The notes under the pieces were generated by a model that had not been told where the DNA came from, did no database searches, and saw only the letters and a list, made by a program, of their open reading frames with translations. A stretch of DNA of 25,490 bases from a virus (taxonomy: Duplodnaviria > Caudoviricetes): IMG/VR virus record IMGVR_UViG_3300004807_000113, positions 1 through 25,490 of that record. One strand, given 5' to 3'. Positions within the stretch are counted from its first letter, which is position 1. Each line of letters starts with the position of its first letter. Made by a program: the position numbers and the translations under genes. Below are positions 1-8,975 of the stretch, piece by piece.

Positions 1-14
1 CCTAAAGGAGTGCC

Positions 15-515
15 ATGCGGCTCCATCTTGCTACCATTCGATCCCTCATTGCCGTCACCACCATTGGCATTGGGGCAGTTATTTTCCAACCTGTGGGCGC
101 ATCGCTGCCTGCCCACCACGCCAACTTGCACGGTCCGTTGCACGGCACGCCAAAACACGCTGTCGTGACCACGACCACGAAGCCTGTCCATAAGCCGACG
201 GTGGTTCACCATAGCGTTGTCCATCATGCCGCCGGTTACCCTTGGGGTGTAACCCCGGAGGACATTCAGAAATGGACACGAGTAGCCATTTGCGAGGAAG
301 GTGGTTGGATCGGGTCGTCTGGCTCCGTGTATCCAAACTCTCTCGGCATTAGCGCATCTAACTGGTATGCGAACGGTGGAGGCTCCAATGTTTCGCCAAC
401 GGCGCAAGTTCGTGTCGCAAAGCGGGTCATTGCCTCTGTCGTGGGGCAATACATTCAGGGAACCCGTGTCTATCCCGGATTTGTCCCAGATCAACATTCC
501 TGCTCGGCGTGGTGA
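15..515 (+). CDS. Secreted Rpf/transglycosylase (lysozyme-like) domain protein
   Basis: AAAGGAG RBS at 4-10. Hydrophobic N-terminal signal-like stretch, then a His/Thr/Pro-rich linker. The segment WTRVAICEEGGW..YPNSLGI..NW..GG..AQVRVA resembles the Rpf core (W..IA.CESGG.W), with the catalytic Glu retained. Confidence 0.7.
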   Translation: MRLHLATIRSLIAVTTIGIGAVIFQPVGASLPAHHANLHGPLHGTPKHAVVTTTTKPVHKPTVVHHSVVHHAAGYPWGVTPEDIQKWTRVAICEEGGWIGSSGSVYPNSLGISASNWYANGGGSNVSPTAQVRVAKRVIASVVGQYIQGTRVYPGFVPDQHSCSAW

Positions 516-560
516 TAGCCTGAGACTGCCTTGCGAGGCAGATGCTCTATCCGGCAGTTA

Positions 561-580
561 GGCCGCCCTTCGGGGCGGTC
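561..580. terminator. GC-rich hairpin with UUCG loop between convergent genes, probable intrinsic terminator
   Basis: ggccgccc-ttcg-gggcggtc followed by ttgctgttt. It lies between the + strand Rpf-like gene and the end of the - strand cluster. Confidence 0.7.
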
Positions 581-587
581 TTGCTGT

Positions 588-785
588 TTAGAGTTGTCCG
601 TTTTCAGCGATGAAAGCGTCGTATTCGGCGGGAGTGATGTGCTCTCCCCTTGCCGCCTTCGCTAGCGTGTCTGCGGGCTTTTTCCGCATGGCTGCGAGCA
701 ACGCCACACCATCGGGGGTCGCCCAAAACGGGTCAACGCCGTCGGGATCGTAAGGTTCGTTGGTGGTGTTTGCCCTGCTAGTCAT
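588..785 (-). CDS. Small hypothetical protein (65 aa)
   Basis: ATG start 21 nt after the stop of 807..3224, same strand, protein-like composition, ends just before the hairpin. RBS is weak. Confidence 0.55.
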   Translation of the reverse strand: MTSRANTTNEPYDPDGVDPFWATPDGVALLAAMRKKPADTLAKAARGEHITPAEYDAFIAENGQL

Positions 786-806
786 GGGTATAGTCTATCA
801 CGATTT

Positions 807-3224
807 TTAGGGGAGTTGTTCGGGGCTTGCCTTGACCGGCAGTTTGGCTACATCTCTGACTTGCTGCTCTGTCCACTGCGAGTAGTCGGTGTTCTCGGAA
901 GGGAAGATGCGACCGATTTTCTCGTGGTAGTCCTTTGAGTCCTGTGTGTAGGAAGATGTAAGCGGAAAGCCCTTCGCTACCCTGCAAAGCGAATATTGGA
1001 GCGCAGCACCGATGCCGGGCATCGTTTGTAAACTGCCCATGAAACTGACCGAAACGGTTTCGGGATCAGACGGTTCTGCCCTCACCACGCTGGCACCGAT
1101 GGCTCCCACGAGCGTCCCGTCCGGTCCGATGGCAGCGAGGTCGAAGCAACCGTCTTTACCTTGGGCGGCAAACGCACGGGAAATGTAGGGCGACGACTCC
1201 ACGACGTTCATCGTGAAATCAGCACCCTCGTAAGCACGGTAGGTAGCCTTGCCTTGTTCCCACTGCTCCCAGAGAGCGTTATACGCCATGTGGGCTTGTT
1301 CTTCTAGTTCCTGCTGCTCCTCTTTGCTCAGCCCGGAAAGCCGCACGACCTTGCCGCCAGCGTCGAAGAACTTTTGGGCGTTCGCCGTGATGAATGAGGC
1401 AGCCTCTTTTGGAAGCGACGATCCGACGGTGGTGAAACTCTCGACGGGTTGCTTGTGCCGTCCGCTACCCGGTCCACCTTTTTTCACTGAACCCTTGCGG
1501 ACGACAGAGAGATCGCCACGCTGCCAGACATACTTGCGTGCCCGCTTCCTCCGTCGCTTCGCCTTTTCCACCGTGCCAGAGTGGTCTGGGTCGGTTCCAA
1601 CATAGGTCAGCAGGGCGTTGCCGCTGTCGTCGTAGCCATGAAATGTGAACCGTGCATTGGCTCCGAGGAGTAGTTCGATTTCATCTCCCGCAGTAATGGA
1701 AACGGCGTGGGAGCCTTCCGGCACTTGGATTTTCGCCATCATGCCTAAGTCACTCGTGAACTGATCTGCGGCACCGGACATAAGCGAAGTCGAGGTGAAA
1801 CCGGGATCACGGAACTCATCGCCGGGTTCCAAACCTTCCTCGTCAAAAATGTTGAAGCCCAGTCCACGAAATACCGTCACCGGAGCGTCCACAACGCTTT
1901 TGTCGATAGCACTTTGGATCAGGGTTGCTAAGGGTCCGCTATACAGCATCCCACTGTCGTCGGCGTCGGTGATGCCCTGATCGTGAGAGCGGAGTTCCTC
2001 GTTTATGTCCCCGTAGGCTTCACCGGCGTATTTTTTCACCGCTTGTTCTTCCTCGCCGGTGATGCTTCCTCGTGTAGCCGAGCCAATAACCGTGCCAACG
2101 TGCTGATGCAACCAGTCGTAGGCGGCATTTTGGTTGGGGGCTATGAAACTCTCCGGGTGCCTACCACTACCCGGCCCGCCCTTTGCGACGAGTTGGGCGT
2201 TTGGAATGTCCAGCGAGGCGATCTCCCTCACCTGCGCCTTCGTCCACTTAGACGAGGTGGTTCCACCCTTGACGGGCGTAAGGGTCCGACCGATGAGTTC
2301 GTGGTAGCCCTTGCTGTGACCCCACTGCTCGCTTCGGACACCAACCCCACGCTCGGCAGCGTCCTTGGCTTGCAGATAGATCAAGGCGGTTCCAGCGTGC
2401 TTCATGTCGCCGATGGAGGTAAGGGCTTCCTCGCTGTTGTTGGTCGGATTTTCCTTGCTCAACAACAAGCCGGTTGGCTTTCCACCTTGGTCATAGGCGA
2501 CATAGAGTTTCATGCCGTCGGTGTTCTTGCCCTTCAGACAAGTGACGAGTGCCCTGTTATAGAGGTTCCAACTGTCCATCTCTTGCCGGACAGCATCTAA
2601 CTCTTTGCTCAACTTGGCGTATTGCTCTTTAGGGATTTCACTCACCCGTCCATCGGCACCACGGGGTCGTTGCTCGCTTTGGATTTCAAAGTTGCGCTGA
2701 CGCAGGGCTTCGTAGTGCTGCTTCGCCGTGGTCGCTTCCCGCCGAAAGACTTGCTTGTCCTCGTCGGTGAGGTTCTGCGGGTCGAACGACCTGATTTTCC
2801 CGCCCTTGTCGAAGAAGTCTGCGGTTGCCGAGGCGATGTAGCGAAGATGGGGCTTTGTCGGCTCAGCACCGTTCTCTGCGTGCCTTCCCGAGCCGGGACC
2901 CCCCTTGATGACGGGCTGGAAGCGGAACTTCTTGATCCCGGCCACTCGAAGCACGGCGTTGGCGATGGAGGCTGCTTTGGAAAGTTCCTCTGGCGTAAAG
3001 CCGTTGAGGTAGGCGGACACCTCGGATTTCAGCGACTCCGGTGCGGACTCCCAGACGGGGAGGCTGACGAAGTGTTCCAACTCCGCCCGCTGCTTCTCCT
3101 CGGGCGCAAACGATACATCGAGCGACCACAGAAGGTCAGGCAGGGTGGAGATCAGTTTCCTATCCCGCCACAAATCCCATGTCCGGGTGCGAAGCCAGTC
3201 CTCGTTGTAAGTCTGAGTATCCAC
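807..3224 (-). CDS. Tagged polyprotein: N-terminal domain / GNAT-like / VIP2-type ADP-ribosyltransferase / GNAT-like
   Basis: Three KGGPGSGRH tags. ART motifs: Y..IN..LR, TVFRG, GFTSTS, DEIELLL. Two mutually similar flanking domains (FFDxGGK...G[TA]AL...SKxYHExIGR...SxWTxxQVR). Confidence 0.85.
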   Translation of the reverse strand: MDTQTYNEDWLRTRTWDLWRDRKLISTLPDLLWSLDVSFAPEEKQRAELEHFVSLPVWESAPESLKSEVSAYLNGFTPEELSKAASIANAVLRVAGIKKFRFQPVIKGGPGSGRHAENGAEPTKPHLRYIASATADFFDKGGKIRSFDPQNLTDEDKQVFRREATTAKQHYEALRQRNFEIQSEQRPRGADGRVSEIPKEQYAKLSKELDAVRQEMDSWNLYNRALVTCLKGKNTDGMKLYVAYDQGGKPTGLLLSKENPTNNSEEALTSIGDMKHAGTALIYLQAKDAAERGVGVRSEQWGHSKGYHELIGRTLTPVKGGTTSSKWTKAQVREIASLDIPNAQLVAKGGPGSGRHPESFIAPNQNAAYDWLHQHVGTVIGSATRGSITGEEEQAVKKYAGEAYGDINEELRSHDQGITDADDSGMLYSGPLATLIQSAIDKSVVDAPVTVFRGLGFNIFDEEGLEPGDEFRDPGFTSTSLMSGAADQFTSDLGMMAKIQVPEGSHAVSITAGDEIELLLGANARFTFHGYDDSGNALLTYVGTDPDHSGTVEKAKRRRKRARKYVWQRGDLSVVRKGSVKKGGPGSGRHKQPVESFTTVGSSLPKEAASFITANAQKFFDAGGKVVRLSGLSKEEQQELEEQAHMAYNALWEQWEQGKATYRAYEGADFTMNVVESSPYISRAFAAQGKDGCFDLAAIGPDGTLVGAIGASVVRAEPSDPETVSVSFMGSLQTMPGIGAALQYSLCRVAKGFPLTSSYTQDSKDYHEKIGRIFPSENTDYSQWTEQQVRDVAKLPVKASPEQLP

Positions 3225-3231
3225 GATTTTC

Positions 3232-5544
3232 CTAACTGGAATGGTGGTAGATGGTGCGCTGGATTTCGTCGCCCTTCTCTACCATCCATTCATCGGTGCC
3301 ACCCAAGACTACGACCTCTTGCTCGGAGAGGCACCCTATCCCCGTTGTAGCGAGGGAGAGCACCCGTTCTGCTGGAACCTTGCCGGAGATCACGATGCCC
3401 TTGCCCTTTGGACCTGCAATACTCTGCGTCATTTTGCCCTTTGAGAAGTCAAATGCTACTTGCTTGCTGGCAGAGAAGGCGTTGAGCGGGCGGGTGGAGA
3501 TTTCAGCACTTTTGCCGTGCTCTAGACCATCAGGCACAACCGTCATGCCTCGATACAGGGTCAGGGTGTCTATACCGGCAGCCTTCAGGCGTTCCTGCGT
3601 GATTTCATACTGCGCTCGGAGGAACAACCGTATGCCCTTCATGGAGTCCTCGTCAAGCACACTTTCCGGCTTTGGGTCTGTCCACGGAGCCGTGCCATGA
3701 AGCCCGAACTCTGCCTCGGCGGCATCTTGGAGTGCGTGTGCCGTCAGATCGGTGTCGTTCGATGTTTTCGCCCATCTGGCGACTAGATCATCTACCGCCT
3801 GAGTGCGAACTTTGTTCGCCACCTCGGGGTCTTTGACCGAAGCAAGCCGGTAGTAAGGGGAGTTGGGTTTGATGGTTTTGGAGGTTGAGTCCCATTCCAA
3901 GCCAATAGAGTTCAAACGCTCGTCATTATAAATACCTTGCTCGTAGCGTTTTGCCACATCTTTGGGGTCAAGGGTGACGGAACTGAGGAGGGCCATGCTG
4001 AGGGACGGCCCCGATGCGACTTTAGAGTATGCACCAGTAGGGAGATAAATAAGGACTGAGCGATCTGCGTCTAAGCCCAAAATCCTGTCGAAATCGGTTC
4101 CAGCAAGCCGGTCGGCAATAGCCTGAACAAGATTTTCCTTGACGATGCCACGGTTGTTTTCGTCAGCAAGCGTCATGTATGCATCACGGAAAATGGCCTT
4201 GCCCTTTGCCTCCCCCGACCTCTCTACCGCAGCAATCGTATCTTCGATCATGGACTGCTGAACAGCCTTGTCCACGCTGTATTTGTTCCCGACGGGTGCA
4301 GGGACGATCTTGCCGAGTTCGGGGTGCCTGCCGCTTCCGGGTCCGCCCTTGGAAACCGGCTGAAAGTTGCTGGGATCACGATACGCCGCTTCGCCCTCGT
4401 CTTTGACTTGGTTGTAAGACGGGTCGAGGGAGTTCGCAAAGTTGCGCCCGAGGTCGCTGGTGAAACTGTTGTGGACGATAGTTGCTGCCTCGCCGGTCGG
4501 CATGACCGTATCGTGGAGTGCGGCAACAAGTTTTCTAGCAAAACCCGCCCCACGAACGCTCTGGTTGCTTTCGATGTGCAAGATGTGGATAACGGGGGAC
4601 TTGATGCTCTGGTCGGCTGTCCCCTGTGAGCGATACTGAACGAGTGCCTGCGCCAACATCCCGCCAGCACGACTTTTCACCGTCGCTCCAAATGTGGCGA
4701 CGTAGTCTCCGGCGGGGAACGGTCCCTTGAACAGCCAGTCATTCCCTTCGATGATGTATTGGTTGCCGTCGGTGTCGTAGTTGATGATTTTCCCCGGCTG
4801 ATGCGACCACTCGCTTACGAGGTGGAGTTCGGGGTGCCTGCCTGATCCCGGACCTCCCTTGACGACGGCAACTTGGTCGAGGATTTGGAACGCTTGGAGC
4901 AGGTGAGACAAGTTTTGCATCATTGTCTCATGCTTGTCGCCCATGCCGAGTTGGGTGAAGTCGATGCGCAGATTTTCCAACTTGGGACGAAGTATGAGCA
5001 GTGCCTCATGCGACACGCCGTTGTTCCAAAGCAGGGAGATCAGTTCTGGTGTTGGCGTGCGAGGTCGGAAGTTGCAGAGAGCGTGGTCAATGCCGACGAT
5101 GCGGTGATCGGGTGTCCACAGCCAGTTTTTCGGGCGGCGGTCGGCGTTGGCGGTGAGGTAGTCGAATAGGACGAGTGCAGTAGCCTGATGACCCTTTGGA
5201 GGGGTATCTTGACCCGCCTGCTCGCCGTTTTCACCTTCGATGTAGGGCATGATGACCGAAAGGCCGTCTTTTCCGTAGAAACGGCACTCACGGATAGGGG
5301 CGTTCATCGTTTCGCCAACCCGTGCGGCGAGAACCTCCTGCGCTGCCAAGATTTCAGCAGGGTAGAGCCTGCCGGTCTTGTTGCCCGTCCAGTCCTTTAG
5401 GTTCTTGATAACCCCACCAGAGCCGTCATCGAACAGGACAAAGGTGAAACCGTCGTTCTGGTTGCCCCTGAACTTTCCTTCTAGCGGGAAAGCGTGGTCG
5501 GAGATTTTCGTGCTGGTAAAGGTGACGAAGTTGGGCTGAAACAC
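3232..5544 (-). CDS. Tagged polyprotein: HipA/PI3-PI4-kinase-like / GNAT-like / ADP-ribosyltransferase-like
   Basis: Kinase motifs FDYLTANADRRPKNW and IDH. GNAT-like motif A VRGAGFARKL. ART-like LYRG..FSAS..EQEVVVL. Two KGGPGSGRHPE tags lie at the domain junctions. Confidence 0.8.
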   Translation of the reverse strand: MFQPNFVTFTSTKISDHAFPLEGKFRGNQNDGFTFVLFDDGSGGVIKNLKDWTGNKTGRLYPAEILAAQEVLAARVGETMNAPIRECRFYGKDGLSVIMPYIEGENGEQAGQDTPPKGHQATALVLFDYLTANADRRPKNWLWTPDHRIVGIDHALCNFRPRTPTPELISLLWNNGVSHEALLILRPKLENLRIDFTQLGMGDKHETMMQNLSHLLQAFQILDQVAVVKGGPGSGRHPELHLVSEWSHQPGKIINYDTDGNQYIIEGNDWLFKGPFPAGDYVATFGATVKSRAGGMLAQALVQYRSQGTADQSIKSPVIHILHIESNQSVRGAGFARKLVAALHDTVMPTGEAATIVHNSFTSDLGRNFANSLDPSYNQVKDEGEAAYRDPSNFQPVSKGGPGSGRHPELGKIVPAPVGNKYSVDKAVQQSMIEDTIAAVERSGEAKGKAIFRDAYMTLADENNRGIVKENLVQAIADRLAGTDFDRILGLDADRSVLIYLPTGAYSKVASGPSLSMALLSSVTLDPKDVAKRYEQGIYNDERLNSIGLEWDSTSKTIKPNSPYYRLASVKDPEVANKVRTQAVDDLVARWAKTSNDTDLTAHALQDAAEAEFGLHGTAPWTDPKPESVLDEDSMKGIRLFLRAQYEITQERLKAAGIDTLTLYRGMTVVPDGLEHGKSAEISTRPLNAFSASKQVAFDFSKGKMTQSIAGPKGKGIVISGKVPAERVLSLATTGIGCLSEQEVVVLGGTDEWMVEKGDEIQRTIYHHSS

Positions 5545-5552
5545 GGTCGCCC

Positions 5553-7691
5553 CTAGGCGGCCCTACGGTGTCCAAAAATAGGCTTCGCCCATGCGTAGGC
5601 TTCCTGCGCCTTATCCGTGAGGTGGTCGGCGAGTTTGCTCATGTCCCGTGCGGTTTCCGATGCCCCTTGCTTGATCTTGGCATCTACATTTGGGTCATCG
5701 TGGAAGTTTGCCGCCTGCTCATGGCGATTTGCGGCGTGCTCATGGTGGTCAATGGCCTTTTGGAGGCTGTCCTTCAGTTCGGGACGGGTTTCCTCGTCTT
5801 TCATCTTTTGGAGCGTGGCGATAGCCTCTCGGTGACCCTTGGCGAGCGCACGGTGGTCGTCAGAAGCAGGCTTCTGCGCTACTGCCTCAGCCTTGTCTCC
5901 AAAACGCCCGACTGCCTGAAATCGGCTTTCATCTACTTGACGGGCTGGTTTCGCCTTGCCGCCGCCTTCACCTTGCTTGTATTGGTTCCCGTGGAAGAAC
6001 GCCTTTTCGAGTTCCAGCGTCATGTATTCACGGAGCAGGGTATCAGTGCTGAAATCGAGGGACTTCTTGGTGGCCTCTGGCTTGCCCTGACCCTGATTTT
6101 CAGCGTTGTTCTCGTTTGCCCACTTAGTCGTGATGGCGAGTGCTTCCTCGTGATCCACCGACAGGCGATACACGGGCAGGGATTTTCCGGTGAGGAAATG
6201 GATAGCCACGGCAGCCGCCCAAGTGTGGTGTCCGTCGAGGACATAGCCGTCCTTTGAGATCAGAATACGCATCCTGTCCGGGATACCCGTCTTTTGGAAT
6301 GACCGGAAGATGCCCGCCGACTTTACAGCGAACACCTCTTTCTGCACCGGCTTCAGCGTGGTCGGGTCAACATCTTCCTTAGTGTGGGTGATGCCGTCGG
6401 ATTTTTTGATATCAGCCATGAACTGATCTCGCTGGCTGGTTTCCACCTGCGGCATGTCCTTACGCCCGTAGCCAAGACCGTCACGACCCATGAGGCGTGT
6501 GCCGTCAATACGGAGTTCGGTAATGTCGGATTTCATGAACTCCCTGTCGATGCCGCCCCTCATGCCGAGGAACATCTTCGCCAAGTCCTTGCGGTCAATG
6601 ACCGGCTGATCGCCACGGTTGATGGCAGTGAGCACCCGTTCGGCGAACTGACGCATACCCTTTGAGGTGTCGTCGGCGGGCTTTAGGACTTTTTCACCAA
6701 CATCGCTGCTACTTGGGTTTGGCTTCACGCCTGCGAGCGGGGAGGTGTTGTCGGGAGCGGTATTTCCACCGGGCTGTGGTTGTCCGACGGCTGGCCTACC
6801 ACCGCCGACTTGGTAGCGACCCGGATCAACACGACGAGGACCGCCGCCGCCGCTGGTTGGCTGCTGACCTTCGCTTGCAACATCTTTGTATTGGTTGCCG
6901 TGGAATGTGGCCTGCGCCTTCAGAAGGTTCTCTGCGCCCGCCTTGTGGATTTCACTGCCCACAACGCCCTTCGCCCATGAGTAGCCAGCATCTCCGCCCC
7001 ACGCATACCACGCCACCTTGCCGGGGCTTGGCTCTGCCCAATGCGGGGAGTCCTTGTCGCTCTGATGGCGATCAAAATACGCCTTCATGCGCTTCACGGT
7101 GTCCATCGAGACAGGGTGACCGTTAGCGAGGTCTGAGGCACGCTTGCGACCGACGGGGGTGAAACCACCACCCGCCTTGCCGTCCTTCATCCACTCCAAC
7201 GCCTGCTGTGCGGCTTCCTGAACGCCCTTTGGAGGGGTCATGGACTCAGCCTTCTCTACCGACTTGTGGTATTTTCCACCACGACGCTTGTATTCCTGAA
7301 CGACCCAACCGTTTGCGACGGCGGACGGGTAAACATCGAACTTTGTCGCAGCCTCACGCTTCACACGGTTGTAGAGGTCTTGATCGCTCGGCTCGCCCTT
7401 GCGGCTTGAAATCACCTTGCCGTAGTCAGGCTTGTCTGCTTTGGAAACCTCGCCCTCGGCGTGACCCGACGGTTCTCCGGTTGCGCCAATGTGGCGGAGT
7501 TGGCAGAAGCCTTCGGGATTTTCGAGGTATTGCCCTGCGATCTCAACGCACTGCTCAAAGTCGCCGGGCTGTCCCCAGTCGATTTGTCCGTCTGCGCCGT
7601 TCTCGTACCACTCGATAAGTGCCTCGGCGTTGCCAGCCTTGAAGATTTCAGCCTGACGGGCTTTGTTGATCCACAGTTTGATGCTGTCCAC
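5553..7691 (-). CDS. Multidomain head-associated protein with ParB/Srx-like domain and two FHGNQYK tags
   Basis: Small modules (WG.PGDF..C; YPSA.ANGW...YKRRGG; VG..RA..L...TV.RM..YF.RH...AW..WGGDAG..W) are separated by FKA/VSKA/VEKA/IHKA. ParB-like ILISKDGYVLDGHHTW. His/Ala-rich C-terminus. GGAG RBS. Confidence 0.8.
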   Translation of the reverse strand: MDSIKLWINKARQAEIFKAGNAEALIEWYENGADGQIDWGQPGDFEQCVEIAGQYLENPEGFCQLRHIGATGEPSGHAEGEVSKADKPDYGKVISSRKGEPSDQDLYNRVKREAATKFDVYPSAVANGWVVQEYKRRGGKYHKSVEKAESMTPPKGVQEAAQQALEWMKDGKAGGGFTPVGRKRASDLANGHPVSMDTVKRMKAYFDRHQSDKDSPHWAEPSPGKVAWYAWGGDAGYSWAKGVVGSEIHKAGAENLLKAQATFHGNQYKDVASEGQQPTSGGGGPRRVDPGRYQVGGGRPAVGQPQPGGNTAPDNTSPLAGVKPNPSSSDVGEKVLKPADDTSKGMRQFAERVLTAINRGDQPVIDRKDLAKMFLGMRGGIDREFMKSDITELRIDGTRLMGRDGLGYGRKDMPQVETSQRDQFMADIKKSDGITHTKEDVDPTTLKPVQKEVFAVKSAGIFRSFQKTGIPDRMRILISKDGYVLDGHHTWAAAVAIHFLTGKSLPVYRLSVDHEEALAITTKWANENNAENQGQGKPEATKKSLDFSTDTLLREYMTLELEKAFFHGNQYKQGEGGGKAKPARQVDESRFQAVGRFGDKAEAVAQKPASDDHRALAKGHREAIATLQKMKDEETRPELKDSLQKAIDHHEHAANRHEQAANFHDDPNVDAKIKQGASETARDMSKLADHLTDKAQEAYAWAKPIFGHRRAA

Positions 7692-7786
7692 GAGAGGCTC
7701 CTGTTATAGCACTAATGCCACTACTTTATCCCAAACTTCGGGATTTTCAGTAGTGGCACAAGTGCAACTCGGTTGTGAAAGGTTGC

Positions 7787-8911
7787 TCAGGCAGCCATCG
7801 CTTGCAGACGAGCGGCTTCCTGCTTCGACCGCTCGGCATAGACACGCTCCTTGGCGGCCTCACCACGCTCCGACTTTCCACCGTCGGCTGGAATGTCCGG
7901 GTGATCGCCGTTGCCGAACTTCTCGATTTCACGCTTGTAGGTGGAAGCGATGCCCTCGTGGTTTCCAGCAGCGACCATGTGCGAAGCGGCGGCGAGCAAG
8001 TGCTCCTCAGCCGCCTTAGCGAAGCGACCGGCCTGCTCGTGACGAACGGCAGCGTTGGTGTGCAGTTCAGCCAACTGCTTCGCTTCCTTTGCGCTCTGGG
8101 TATAAACCTTGATGGTGGTTTTCCACCCACGGTAAAGACCCTTTTCACCGGTCTTGGGGTTCAGCAAGTTCGGGTGGAAGCGGGTTGCGCCGCTGTGCTG
8201 GTTGCCGAGGTGTCCACGACCATCGCCCTTGCGACGACCCGATCCCGGACCGCCCTTGGAGAACTCGATGTAGGACTGGTAGGCAACCGACTTTTCAAAG
8301 TTGCGGGTGAGCAGCGAGGCGGTTCCAAAACCGGAGTCAACACTCTTTTCCAGCATCTCGTCAGGCTCCATAAGCCCATCGCCGTCACAGGCATCGCACT
8401 CAGGGTCAAGGCCACCACATTCGGGGCAAGCGATCAGGATTACACTCGGGTCGTCGGTGTCGTAGCGATCCAAACCAGCGTCGTCGTTCATTTCATCTTC
8501 CTTTCGCACGGGTGCGGGGGTTTCTGTGGTTTCGGTGTCCACAACACGCCCCTTAGCGACGGTGCGGAGTCCTTCGAGTGCTGCCTTAGCAAGGCTCAGT
8601 TGCTCAGCGGCGGCTTCGGCGATGCGGTCAGCCTCACGGTAGCCAGCGATGGCGTTGTTGTATGCCGTGCGGAGTTCCTCACGGTCCCATGCGCCCTTAG
8701 CGATAGCGTCCTGATAGGTGACCTCGGCAGCCTTCATCTGCTCGGTGGCCTTTTCGAGGCGGAACTGAGCATTGTCCATCGCACCGGCGGCGATGACCTC
8801 CTCACGGGCGGCCTTAGCGATCTGCTCGCTAGCGATTTTAGCGTCCGCCTCGTCACGACCTTTTTGGAAGAAGGCGACGGTGGCGGGACTTGACTGGGTA
8901 GTGCGGATCAT
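7787..8911 (-). CDS. Tagged protein: Ala-rich helical region, CxxC..CxxCxGxG zinc finger, His/Ala helical module
   Basis: AAAGGA RBS; CPECGGLDPECDACDGDG; FSKGGPGSGRR..GHLGNQH; many hydrophobic-x-K-[AGS] sites. Confidence 0.8.
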   Translation of the reverse strand: MIRTTQSSPATVAFFQKGRDEADAKIASEQIAKAAREEVIAAGAMDNAQFRLEKATEQMKAAEVTYQDAIAKGAWDREELRTAYNNAIAGYREADRIAEAAAEQLSLAKAALEGLRTVAKGRVVDTETTETPAPVRKEDEMNDDAGLDRYDTDDPSVILIACPECGGLDPECDACDGDGLMEPDEMLEKSVDSGFGTASLLTRNFEKSVAYQSYIEFSKGGPGSGRRKGDGRGHLGNQHSGATRFHPNLLNPKTGEKGLYRGWKTTIKVYTQSAKEAKQLAELHTNAAVRHEQAGRFAKAAEEHLLAAASHMVAAGNHEGIASTYKREIEKFGNGDHPDIPADGGKSERGEAAKERVYAERSKQEAARLQAMAA

Positions 8912-8937
8912 TGAGGAGTGTTCCTTTCGCTCTGTGA

Positions 8938-8957
8938 AAAATGCTACACCTAGATTT
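8938..8957 (-). promoter_or_regulatory. Shared promoter-like motif, copy 1
   Basis: Minus strand aaatctaggtgTAGCATtt, about 30 nt upstream of 8911. Confidence 0.6.
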
Positions 8958-8975
8958 GTAAATACCCTGCTAGGA

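Noticed and set aside
1249-7709. Numerous plus-strand ORFs of 60-240 aa
   Set aside because: All are antisense to long motif-bearing minus-strand genes. PEPGPP-like strings in plus-strand ORFs are just the reverse complement of the tag.
7728-7747. Hairpin atccc-aaacttc-gggat as a terminator
   Set aside because: The stem is short and there is no U-tract on the coding (minus) strand.
7775-8893. 372-aa plus-strand ORF
   Set aside because: Antisense shadow of 7787..8911, which has the RBS, the promoter motif and a tag.
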